Positions 26,221 through 39,300 of a DNA stretch of 64,000 nt are shown here, piece after piece. The notes under the pieces are model-generated. The model saw only the letters and a list, made by a program, of their open reading frames with translations. It searched no databases and was not told the origin of the DNA. Position 1 is the stretch's first letter; each line of letters opens with the position of its first letter. Both the position numbers and the translations under genes were made by a program. The stretch covers positions 1,681,838-1,745,837 of the forward strand of contig NW_019091362.1 of NCBI RefSeq assembly GCF_001949145.1, in the 5' to 3' direction. Origin of the DNA: Acanthaster planci. Taxonomy: Eukaryota.

Positions 26221-26697
26221 TGTGACCTGCTCTGAAAAAAAGGGTATTAAGTCACGCAATGCCAACACATGTCATGGCCTGTTCTATTTGGAGAGGGCAA
26301 ATTTTCTTCAAAAATGTGATTTTGTGTTTTTTTCATTTAATAGCTTCTATAATATTTATATTTTCCGAATTTGTGATTACAAACATGGATACTGATGAAT
26401 AAAGATAAAAAAATTGTTCAATCAGTATTCAGTAGGAAATCCTATTTACATGTACATGTAGAATTGTGTTTCCAAGCACTACACTTTATGAGCTTTTTCC
26501 TGAAAAGTGTAACTTATTAAATCTGAAAATGTGGACATACAAAATATGACAAATGTCTATATATCTCCCAAACGCAACATGCTGCGGGGGTCATTCATAT
26601 ATCAAATTCTAGCTTTTGATGTATAGAATCCAGTCACATTAAAAACTTGTAACCTGAATCTGGCGACTTATTACCCATTTTTCTAGAGCCGGTCACA
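26221..26697. mobile_element. ~480-bp non-autonomous DNA transposon (MITE)
   Basis: TIRs tgtgacctgctctgaaaaaaagggtattaagtc / gacttattacccatttttctagagccggtcaca. Confidence 0.7.
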
Positions 26698-27188
26698 AAT
26701 GGTTGTGCACAGTATTTAGCCAGCCGACATGCCCTTTAAAGCTTCAAAGAAAACTACTAAATGATAATACAGAACTACTGTAGCATCCAATCCCTGTATT
26801 AAAATTTGTTGAAAATTTCTCTTTGCCTGTGGTTGACACATAATATTTTTTACATCGAGAGCAACAATCTTCACCTGTGCATGTACATACATGTACGTGT
26901 AGGTTCTCGGGCCACATCCAAAATACTGGTACATGTACATGTACTTGGCAGCGAGTCTATGTAGTGGCTGCTGCCAGTTCTCAGAGAGTCATGTGTAATA
27001 TCAAGCCGCAGCCAAGTGAGCAGGACACAGCCTAATGCTCTTACACATGTACATCAGTGATCCACAAATACAGTGTCTTTGCGGATCGGTCAAAAGGAAT
27101 AAATTTGGCTTCAGAATCACCCAAGTGCTCCATCTTCCTGTTCCTTGTTTTGCGCCTGGTAGACAGGTTTGGTTAGTTGGCTGGTGTC

Positions 27189-27302
27189 ATGGCGTCATCT
27201 GGCCGTCTGCGCAAGGTTGTCATCGGCGGGGGCCTCCTGGGAGCTGGCGCACTACTGGCCGGCTACGTTGTCAGCAGGAACTCGGCTCAGAAACTCTCCA
27301 AG
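27189..27302 (+). CDS. GPD2: GPD2 coding exon 1 (targeting/hydrophobic N-terminus)
   Basis: MASSGRLRKVVIGGGLLGAGALLAGYVVSRNSAQKLSK. Acceptor AG at 27165-27166 lies upstream of the ATG; donor GT at 27303, phase 0. Confidence 0.85.
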
Positions 27303-30300
27303 GTACTTGTGCATGTACATTTAGATTGGGAATTCACTTTTGTGGTTTGGTTTGGATTAAGCCAACTTAGACAGAAGGAAAAAGTCTTTAAAACCTGGAG
27401 CCAGTAAAAGCTTGCAATTGGTCAATGCTTTTCTTGAAGGATGACTGGATGAGTATAGAAATTGGTAGTTTTGTGAATCACTAAAATAATGTAAAGGTTG
27501 TGCATTGTTTAAACTTTGGGAACCTTTCAACCTCTGAAAGGGCGAGCATTTTCGGCGAGGTGAAGACATACTTCTTAACCATTTTAATAAAAAGAACTGT
27601 ACTTGTTTGTGAAGCAGCTGACGTGAAACTTTGAATTTGCCACAAGTTAGTAGTAGAGTAGTGTATTTAGGAAACACACCTTCTTGTATGCAAGGCTTCA
27701 GTGACAGAATATCAGAGGGGGGTATTGAAATGCCCTTAAAGAACCACATCATGGATTGGTGATTCATCAGTATGTGATAACACTGGAAAACTAAAAGTGA
27801 TCTTATTCACAAATCGGCCATTTTGAATTGAAAGCAAGGTTTACTTTTTTAATTTTGGGAGCCTACATGTAAGCAAAAAAGTTCAGTACAGATTAATTTC
27901 ATTTACAAGTGATGAACAGTTTAAATTTTGTGATTTATCATGAAGATCTACATACATGTATGTGTGTTAAGCAACTTCGAAAAAAATTGAAAGTGAGGCA
28001 TGGAACCCCAAATAGCCTGGTACCACCCCTTTGACAGTGATATTACTTTGAGTTGGATAGAATTAGGGAACATGATCAAAATGGCTCCCTTGTGAATAAG
28101 GTCTGTTGAGGGGAGGAAATCAGAAATAGTCATTTGTGCCTCATTATACCTCAGAATTCACAAGTGAAGTTTATGTTCAATGCAGATGGCTGTATCGTTA
28201 ATTGACAGCTGTTGACTTCTCATGGGACTCGTAATAGTACCTATCATCGGCATCATTGCCTTGTTGCTGAAATCATGTGCGTAGTTGCATACGTGAACAT
28301 TAGCAGCACATGCTGTACATTTACGCACACAGAATATTTTGATGTGATTTGACTGTTGACTTCTTATTGACTTGTATCTAATAATTGTCAGTGCTGCTCT
28401 CTTAAGTCATGTAAGTACTAAAATCATGTGCCAACTTACGTGACCTACGTGTACATGACCTACATGTACGTGACCTACATGTGCATGACCTACATGTACG
28501 TGACCTACATGTGCAAAAAAAACTGGTACCGGTAATGTGTTTTGAAACAAACTTTGAAATCGCACATTTCTTTTTAAAAACCCCTTCCGACAGAATCGGC
28601 AGGCCCATGTCGTGGCTGCTGAGCTGCGCAATGCTCACCTCAGCATGCCCCTGCCGACTCGAGAGCAGCAAATGCAGTCACTGCAGAACACTCACGAGTT
28701 TGATGTGCTAGTCATTGGGGGCGGAGCTACTGGATGTGGAGTGGCACTGGATGCCGTCAGTCGCGGTGGGTATAGGCATCCAATTCCTAATTCTTGGAGA
28801 GATATGAAATACTACTGAAGTACATGTACATGTAAAGCTTATGAAACAGTCAACCAGGTTCTCTTTCAACTATTTAGTCGGCCCAAAATTCATAAAATGA
28901 CAGTTTGCCAGCAAGAATAATTTCAAAAGGAGTTTAGTGTCACCATCTTCAAACCAAGTAAGCTTTTCAACAATATTTCAATTTTTTGGATAACTGCAAA
29001 TGTGGTATGCCCCCTTAACAGTGACTTTATACGGACAGTCCAAGTCTATCTTTAACACCAGCTCTTGCAGTATGCGGATATATTTTAGAACTCAGGGGCC
29101 TGTATGCTGAAACTGGGACTGTTTCCAAGTGAACGTGCCTGACAAAGAATACACTTGTTTGCGTATTACCGGCACAAAGGGTTCAATTTTGGAGTTTCTG
29201 AGGAAGCTTTCAAGCAAACAATGCCAGGCAGCACATTGTAAATGCCAGGACAGAGGTCACAGATCTGCCAAGCAAACTTGCTTGGTCTCTGCAAAAACAG
29301 CAGGGAACCAGTCACTAGTAGGATTGCCACAAGGCATTTTAGCCGGTAAACAATTTCTGCTAAGAAAGTTTTTGTTAGTGCTCAGTAAAATTGCATTCTC
29401 ACTATTCAGCTTTCCACATAGATCTCAGTACTGTAGAACCTTGTCACCAATGAACTTTAGTCAGAGTACAGGCTCATTAAAGCTGCCTGCTTTCTGATTT
29501 TTACTTGCCGTTCCTTCTGATTGAGCACAAACCTCGGTGATTAGTTCCAAACTGAGAACAGAAATTTGGACCCCACTCCTTTGAGTTTAATCAGTAAGCA
29601 TCAATAGACCTCTGTACTGATGACGCAATACTTTCTTTATGCGTGGGCTTTTGCTGTAGTGCTTAGTGGACTGTTGGCCCAGCTTCTTAGAAAAGTGCAC
29701 ATGTAAACAAAATGTGACGTCATCAGTGCAGAGGCTTATTCATGGCTGTGCCAAATGAACAAAGGTTGACTGTCAACACGAGTTTAAAGATGATATAAAG
29801 ATAGCTTTTCAAAACAGAAAATGTATTCACCAATGAAGTGTATTCGTGAAGTTTATGAGTTCCTTCAATTTCTTCAGGGAAATTTAGATTCGGTCCCAAA
29901 TAGGCCCCTAGCAGAACCAGAGCCATAGATGTACATGAATGTGAAATTATGCAACTGTTGATGTCAGAATGCAGTGACAATGTTCAGGCACTCGTCATGT
30001 TGTTTCTGCTTCTGTGAGCGGATTTGATCTGTCAATAGAGTAAAATGTGTCTGTACACGTAGATGTGCCCGCAGATTTCCTGTCAGGATTTTCATAGGTA
30101 TTCAAGGAATATCACGTCAGCAGTCACCCAAATACATGTGCTCTGTGTTTTCCAAAACATTAAATGTAAAATTGAATTATAGTTTAAATCGAGTTGAAAA
30201 TGGGCTTAGTTTAACCACTTGCAACCCCACCATGAATAGATGAGGGCATAAAGGTGATGAATAAGAGTTAGTTAATTATTTGATGTGCGCATGTACCGTA

Positions 30301-33300
30301 ATTTTCGGAATATAAGCTACGGCTTATACATGTACATTTATTCTCATGCTGAAAGTTGTCTCTGCGGCTTATATGCTTGTATGAAAAACTTTGAAGGATA
30401 AAATCAGTCACAGAAACCCTGCCCAGTCCACACGTACCATGTACAGCACTAGTGGGGCAGTCGTGTTTTCATTGGTCATGTTGGTTGTCGTTTACGTAAC
30501 TCGAACCTCGAAGAATAAATGAAAAATCAATCACAACAAACTTTACTTGCTCTGCTGTAATGGCAACATTTAGTGATAGTTTCCTGCTTTTTATTCTTTC
30601 TCATGGTGTATTTTTTACAAACAAATAATAGTTTTACTGAGATTTTTTGTTGTTGTTACCTAATGGTTTCTTTCTACCACTAAATAAAAATCAACCTAGT
30701 ACATGTACATGTACCTTTGTGTAGCAAATCTTGTCCTTTTGCCGATCTTGTGTTCGGCGTGACGCACCACGGAATTAGAGGCTTGTTTTCACTTGGGTTT
30801 TCTGATGATGTCACTTTCTGTGGTCACATGGTTATCGGAAAGAGTCAACGATTGGACTCTCCATGAATGGGTCTGCGGTAGCAGTAAGCCCAAAAGCAGG
30901 ATTTGTCGCGGTCGGTGCAGGATGGTGTATGCAGTGTGTGTGCTATCCAGCATGCAACACAGGCGGTCATGCTTGGTTGTGAAGACTTGAATTAAGGTCT
31001 CGCGGCGGTCCTTTACCTGAAACAATTTGGCTTTTTTTTATCTGCGTCACAAAAGCTTCGAGATAACCATATGTAGTGTTGTGAACATTTGGAGGTATTG
31101 AGGTATTTTTGTAATAAATTGTATTCTTTTAGCGAGAAAAATTCAGCCTACCGGATAAACGGTCTTTCCACTGAACTGAATTCGAGTTACCAAGATTTTA
31201 TTGTACATCCACATAACTTTTGCTGGGGGGCTTGGAAAAAAGGCAAGAGCTGCCGCACGGCCCACGCAGGACAACCATCCACACTGCAAAATGTATTAAT
31301 TTGGGAGGACTTTTGATTCATTTTGAATGGTGGCACTCGGTCGCACTCTACTTTGGGGTATTAGGATCGCACATGTAGTGGAACCTTTTACATACCGTAC
31401 ATGCTGTACTGATGCTTCAGGAAACAGCACAATGAACCTTCATGGTTGGATCGTCACTGCTGCAGTGCAGCTTATTTGCCGACTTTAAATCTGAACTTGC
31501 CAATTTTCGCATGCTTCAGCTCATACACCGCATGGCTTATATTCCAAAAATTATGGTATTTGTGTGCTTACAAGTACATAAACATAATTATGCAGATTTC
31601 ATGGGAGAGAGTTCACCATACACCACATGTTATAATCACCCAGGAGTATTCTTTATTTGAGGTCCGTGTGATTATAGGTGCAACTTTATACCACACTGTA
31701 ATGAATGAAACCTATTTGACAACCTTTGGGGTTAAGTGTAATGAGTAATGCACTTTTTTCAAACACGGAGATTGGTCCATTGTTAAGTTCATATGTTTTC
31801 TGTTCAAATTACAAATCTAACATTTTGTTCATTGAAAGCACTTTTGAGAGAGTGGTAGACGTCGGTTATACTTGCTAACAATAAATCACAAAAGAAAGGG
31901 AAGTTTATGACAGCAAATGTCAAAACTGTCAAGTTTCTTTTATGCACAAATCAATGCAACATTGAAGACCTCTCCCTCAGATGGCGTTACAGTTTTGTTC
32001 GTGAATATGGAAATTGGCATCAGCAGAAAACCTCCAAAGTGTGCCAAAAATATGTTGCTTTTAGAATACGTTGTAGCAAAACAAAGTTGAAAGTAAGGTT
32101 AGTTGAAACACAAAAGTGCATTTTCAAGGGCATTTTTTCCCTCCAGGGCTGAAGACGGCACTGGTAGAGATGTACGATTTCTCGGCGGGCACCAGCAGCC
32201 GCAGCACCAAGCTGATCCACGGCGGCGTGCGCTACCTGGAGAAAGCGATCAAGGGCCTGGACTTGGAGCAGTACCGGCTGGTCAAGGAGGCCCTGCATGA
32301 AAGGGCCAACCTGCTAGAGATTGCCCCTCATCTCTCCTCGCCACTTCCCATAATGCTGCCGGTGTACAAGTGAGTATTTGCCCCATCTCCAATGGATTTA
32401 TTTGACAATTTTGATTGAAAATGGAGGTTTCAGGCCTGTTTAGGTTGATTTCTTTAGGTTGATTTCTTCCCAAAACGTGCTGCCTATTCCCTCTGCTCAC
32501 ATCCAAAGAACGTGTATACATATTCATATCTGCCTTGATAAATCTTTGCATCTCTGACGAGTTCAGAAATTTCTAGTGCCCATATAATAGAATGTTCTTT
32601 TCACGTGTACCATGGATAGAACTTCTGGTTTTTTGCATTTGCCATTGTAGTCATGCTGTGCATTGGGACAGATCGTTCGGTGACACTCGATTGACTATCC
32701 GTTAATGGAACCTGTCGTTGAAATCAAAGGGAATTATTCAGGCAGTGTCTGATATATCAGTTATCTTGTCATCTTTTTGAAGGCAGTTCTTGGTTGTAGA
32801 GTCTGCTTTTTCTGCATCAGAGTTGCTGTGTTACCGTCGCAGTAGCTGGTATGGTAAAACTATGGCTTACCGTCAGCACAGAAGCAAAAGAAAAGTTTAC
32901 TGGGTCTTAAGACAAATCTCACACAGCTATCAAAATTCAAAACAATTAACATTACCACTGTATGTAGATACAAAACTAACGTGAACATCTTTAAAGATAA
33001 TGGGCCAAATTTATGTTTCAAGGAAAAATCTCACACCGACCAAGTTGGACGTTTCTGCAAACTTTGGTCAGCCATATAAATAGTAGCCCAATGTGAGACA
33101 AGTCCATGGAACTGATTGAAAAAAGTAAGACTGGGCATCCCTTTTCCAGTGGTTGGTTGTTCATGATCTTGTATGGGTGTAATTATTACCCACTTCCACA
33201 TATACACGTGGTTTTAGCCAGAGCGCTTCTCATAAATGTATTGTCTTTGCGGAAGGTGGTGGCAGCTGCCCTATTTCTGGGCAGGCATCAAGATGTACGA

Positions 33301-36300
33301 CCTGGTGGCTGGTAGGCAGTGCCTGAAGCCCAGCTACCTTCTCTCCAAGACAAGAGCCTTGGAGCTATTTCCCATGCTCAAGAAGGAGAAGTTGGTCGGC
33401 GGGATCGTGTATTACGATGGTAATGGATGGATTATTGCTTTCTTTGTAAACACTAACCGCTAATCACGAGACATGAGGGCGAAAACTTCTGAAGGCTCTT
33501 TGCAAAAAAAGAAAAAAACAGAATAAGAGAATGCACTATGACTGTACTGAAGAAAATGTGGAGCCCCTGGCCTTTTCAGGGTTAATGTGAATAGAAATGA
33601 GCTAAGCTCTGGAACATCAGATCACTGCAGACCACATCATTTAAAAGCTTTTAAAACCAAGCTTAATCTTTTTTCCTGTTTAAATTGTGTCTTTTTTTCC
33701 GTACGTGGTGTTGCTTAGCACCTGGATCAACATGGACACTGTGGATGGAATAGCAATTACAAAATCTTGTTATTGTTATTACAGAATAAACTTCAAAGTT
33801 TGTGACATTTAACAGAAGCATACATGTATGTACCATCTACATTAGTATGGTGGATCCATTAATAATGGTCGCATTTGATATGGTTCGGATTAGGCTGGGT
33901 AATAACACATTTATTGTCACGCTCACCTGTCAAAATGAACACCTTCTCTTCAAAATAAATGCTCATAGGTCAGCATAATGATGCCAGAATGAATATCGCC
34001 ATCGCACTGACAGCAGCGAGGATGGGGGCGACAGTCGCCAACCACACGGAGGTGCTTAGCGTGATCAAAGGCAAGGATGCAAGTGGGCAGGAGGTCATCA
34101 AAGGAGCGCTAGTCAGGGACAAGATGACAGGTGGGTTTTGAGTCATGCTGTTGATGAATTAGATGACCCAGACGTGGTGTTCTTTTGAGTTTGGACTGTT
34201 AAGTATATGTTGCCAAACTCGATGACTTACCAGTACATGCGTTTGTAGTCGCGATGAAAGTACCTCTAGAAATAACAGAAAGTTTCTTGAGCATTTAAAT
34301 TGTAATATGTTTAGAGTGCTATGGCCTTGTGGTTTAGAAGCATTGGATTCATAGTCCTCTTTAAGTTCAAATCTAGCCTGGGATCATGGTGCGAGGATCA
34401 CCGTATCCCTGCGCAAGGCGCTTTGTCACTTGTTGCTTCTCCCCACGCAGGAGTAATTGGCTACCCTGTGAGGGCAGAGATGGTTATTGTGGTTGATTTA
34501 GGTGCTGTGTGCTGAATTGGCAGCATCAAGCTGTGTACTCCTTAGGGAGCTGAGATTGTATTTGAAATGTTTCACGAGCCCAGTGAGCAGGGGTAGTAAT
34601 AACGGAAGGCGCTTTGATCTCAGTTAAAAAGTGCTATAAAAAAATCTGTTATCGTTATATAGTACATGTAAGATTTATTCTCAAAAATATATGAGTGTTT
34701 TTCCCCACTTTTAATGGAAATGTCTTTTTCTCTTCCTCATCCTTTTTTTTTGTTCTGTTGAACCAAACTCCCAAGTGCTACATTGTTTGGCTCTAGACTT
34801 CCAGTTGTACCGATGCTTATTTGATCTGTCACTGTGTATGATAAATCATACTGACACGGATTCAGTCCAGTTGTGGAATTGGTAAAACCTGTGGGCTTCC
34901 CACAATGCCTTTAACCGCAGGCAAGGAGTACAGCGTCCTCGCCAAGTCAGTCATCAATGCGACGGGGCCATTCACGGATTCCGTCAGGAAGATGGCCGAG
35001 CCCGAGGCCACCACAATCTGTGCACCCAGCTCAGGTATACACATCGTGCTGCCTGGTTACTACAGGTAGGTATACAAGTGAAGTTTCTCCTGATAAACCG
35101 ACATGCCTCTGTGAGCCAGTGTTTCTTTACATTTTACGATTAAATATATTTCTATTACCTACAAGTTATTAAACCTTCCCCAAAATAAAAAGGAGCCCCA
35201 TACACCCCACAACAGATCCAATATAACGAAGTTTCATGAAATTTTAATCATCACTTGATACGATATGCCACTGTTATTGATTCAGAAACTGTACATTAAC
35301 CTTTTCTCCTCTCTCCAACATTTCTATGATTTTTTAAGACCCAGCTTTAACGTGTGATGCTTATGAATACTCTTGTAATTGTTGCTGGTGACTTTTTGAA
35401 TTACGGAGTGCACTTGGTGATGAGGAGTGGCTACATGCATGCACCGAAATCGCATTCAGAGAGGTACGCCTGCTCAATAACCTTTGAGGGATTTGACTCT
35501 TTGTCTCTCAGTCCAGAAGCCATGGGTCTGCTGGACCCTGCCACCAGCGATGGCCGGGTCATCTTCTTCCTGCCGTGGCAGAACTTCACCATTGCCGGCA
35601 CGACGGACAACCCTTGCAAGGTGACGCACAACCCCGGACCCACCGAGGACGAAATCCAGTTCATTTTAAACGAGGTCAAGGATTATCTCAGTCCGGAAGT
35701 AGCAGGTGCGTACAGATGCATTTCAGATCAGGGGCTGAATGTGTTGACCCGGAGGTCAGTGGAATGATCCATTTAGTCCTGTGGGTGACAACACTTTTTT
35801 TGACTATTGGGTTGCGTATGGCTATGATGATCAATATAGCGAATAGACTTCAGTGCATTGGTCTCTTGTGTAATAAGTATATCTGCAATGATTCCTGAAG
35901 GGTTAATAATCTCTTTTGCGTGGTTTTCCTTGTGGAGGTGCAGTGTTTAAGTTTCATATTTGTATGGCCTTGGTTGTATCATTTTTCCTTAATTTTAGAC
36001 CTGGTCCATATCAGATATTTTGCCCTTTGGGGTTCTTTTTTTTTTACTTTGGGAATGCCGTAGTAAAGAGCTTTTTACAACAATGCCTGTTGCAAACAAA
36101 GCCTTAATGTGTTGCTTGGCTCTGTTCTGTCTTTGTAAATGCATACTGCAATTTTGATTTTTGTTATTTCCTGTGCCTTTGAAATATGAGTTTGCATTTG
36201 TATTGAGTCAGGATTTTGTTGAAGTTTATATGCCCACTTTAAAACTGGTTTAAAGCACTGTTACGATAGTGTGCCTGCCTGCCCTATAGAGGGCCGTGTG

Positions 36301-39300
36301 TGGTTTACAAGATAGGGTTACGTTGTTATTAGTGACTTTCCACGGGTATGTCATACAACATGCGTTTACTTGTGGGAAGAAGAATCTTACCTAAAAGCTG
36401 CATATCCCAAGATAATGTACATTTCCCCAATGCCATAATGGTAATCCCTCTCAAGCAATGTAGCAAGGCACCTAGACATAAACATTCAATGGACCCTTAC
36501 AATCACAGTAAAGCCTGGTTTCAATATGGTCATTTGTAAAGCAGACGGTCCGTAAGACGTCAAGACGCAGACAGCCGTAGAAGAGACGCTGTGCGAAGTC
36601 ATTCCACCAAAACTAAACAAAAAGGCATGTGAAAAAATACAAAAAATGCCTTTTTTAGGTGGCAATGTTGCCTCTTGAAGCCAAACTGATGCTCCAGTTT
36701 GATGTAGTTTGTTAATGGTCTGCTATTTTGTCGACGAATGGGGCTGCATATGCTAGCAATAAGGAGAAATTGGACAAAATCAGTGGTACCAAGCATGAGA
36801 AAATCGTTGTACGCCCGTCATGCCAAAGTGTGTGTTTGTGTAGGACTACTCAGCGACTCCACGCAGACAGTCGGCAAAGTTGAACTGGGCTCAACTTTGC
36901 CAATCCGTCTGGGGCTGGTTTGCTTTTGTGGCGACACTTCTGTTTGGCATGTTTCCATTTGTTTGTTTTGCAGTTTGCATCTTGATTGCATTGCTCTCTG
37001 CATTTCTTACGTCGATGTGGAAACCACCCGTAATATATAACAAAAAGATTACAGCTATAGACAAAAGACTATAATTCAAATATAATCATCCTGAAAAGTG
37101 CTTCACATATAAATATTAAAGTTAATTGAGAAACAAACCCCACTATGAAAAGAACAGAACATTCCCATAAAAAGTTGTAATGGCTGTCAAAAAAAATCAC
37201 CACAAGACCAGAAAACTAGGACTCCTCCCAGCAACAGCAACAAAAGTACTTACGAGGAAAGTGAAACAAAACAAACAAGCAGCCCCAAAACAACCAAACA
37301 AACATCCCAACAAACAAACAAAGCCACAAAAAATGACCCCTCATGGGTACAAAAAACTGACCCCTCATGAATACAAAACAGTCACACGCACCAAAAATCT
37401 GGCAAAGCGATTCCTCACAAATACAAAACAATAACATTGAATATCATAAAATCTGGAAGCAAAAGTTGAATCAGCAACAAAAAGTCACAATTCCTAATTT
37501 TTAAAGAAGGCCTGATAAAAGAGAATAGTTTGGAACCCGGTTCAAAACTATAGATATTCATTGACATCAGATTGCATGTTTTTAGCACAACCTTTCTTTT
37601 TTACCGTTGAGAAAACTTTTGTTCACAATGTCTACCCTTAATTTGAGAGTTTATTTCTTTTTTCTGCAGTGAGGCGGGGTGATGTCCTTGCTGCTTGGAG
37701 TGGCATTAGGCCATTGGTCAGAGATCCAAAAGCCAAGAACACAGAGTCCATTGCCAGAAATCACGTCATTGATGTCAGTAGCAATAAAATGGTCACCATA
37801 GCAGGTAGGCATTGTCCACAGACCTGTGTAATGTCATAGTTTACATTCTCTCATTTAAACAGGCTCAGTCAGTTTGAGCATAGGCACAACAGAGTACATT
37901 GGTATGTACATATGTGCCTACCTCAAATGAGCATGTGCATGTGGCGGCCTAGCTTGCCAACCCAGTAGAAACAGCGGTGGAGAATGATAAAAACTGTATT
38001 TCAGTTGATAGCTCCACTTTGAATCAGAGCTTGCAAAAGTCTGCAGGCCAAATCAAATTGTTCTGAGAAGGTTGCATTTTCCCCGTGCAAAATTTTATCA
38101 GTTTTTGAAAACAAAGTGAAACACTTGCTTGGGCAGGATTGCAACCCACAACATCCTGCCTAGTCCAGCAGATGCCGTAACCACTTGGTGACAGCTCGCC
38201 AGAATCAACTGCCATGTTCGAATTCTTGAAAAAGTGACCATTCCCCCATGCAGAATTTCATCAACATGTTCCAACTGTTCAGCATCCTTCCTTCACAGGT
38301 GGTAAGTGGACCACATATCGCAGTATGGCCAAGGATGCAGTGGACGCAGCCATCAAGGCCTGCAACCTCCAACCCAAGAACGATTCGCTGACCGACGGCC
38401 TGGTCTTAGAGGGAGGTCACGGATGGACACCCAACATGTTCATCCGCCTCATCCAGGATTTTGGATTGGACGATGAGGTGCACATTGTACTCAGATTGTG
38501 AATTTGTTTTAATAGAAATTTAAAATCCTCGTGAAGGGAAATGAAATTGATTTTAACCATATGCTGCTGGGTTTAATTTGAAGTTGCATGACGTATTCCC
38601 CGGGAAATTTTCAAGATTTTCCATCTTCAAAGTTCTTCCAAAATTCATAACTTGGACGTTTACACCCACATGAATGACTGTCTGGTGGCTACTCTCATCT
38701 GACAGACAACATTTATTGACACCCGAGTATTTCAGCCAGGCCTGCCGCCTTGTAAAGAGAGCCCAGATTGTGCGGTGTTATGTAATTTTCTTTTGTCCCC
38801 GAAACTGGCCCAGTGCGCTGCTGGCATCTTTTCAAATGTGGACCAGCAGTATTGTATCGCCCATCCCTGGAGCGCTTTTGTCCCCGTTGGTAATCCGCAC
38901 GCGCTGAATGCCACAAAGAATGCCACAACTGAAAAAATGTTGGCAATTCCCAGCAGCCTTATCTTTTGTGTTCCAAGTACTTTTTTTGTTACAAGGCGAA
39001 GCTCCTTTGTCCGATTTCGGGCACCCCGGCTTTGTGTGTAAAGCCAATGTCTCCAGTTCCGGGCACCCCGGCACGAAGTGGTTAAGAAATCTCTCGCTGT
39101 AAATTGCTCGTTGACTGGAGTGATCTGAAAAAAAAAAAAAAGCTGGAAATCTTCCTCCACAAAGATGTTTGTGAAAGGTTCTGCAAAGATTATTCTGGAG
39201 TTGATGAAATTCATTAAAATAACTTATGTAATGTGTAAGTGTCTGAAATCTAATCTAACCATATTTCCTTTGTGTAAGGGATAGGAATAGATAATTTAAG

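Noticed and set aside
28402..28671. ORFs with GHVHV / CRSRT repeats resembling metal-binding peptides
   Set aside because: Translations of the 15-bp minisatellite.
37180..37437. K/Q/N-rich ORF and its hydrophobic antisense ORF
   Set aside because: Low-complexity A/C-rich intronic sequence.
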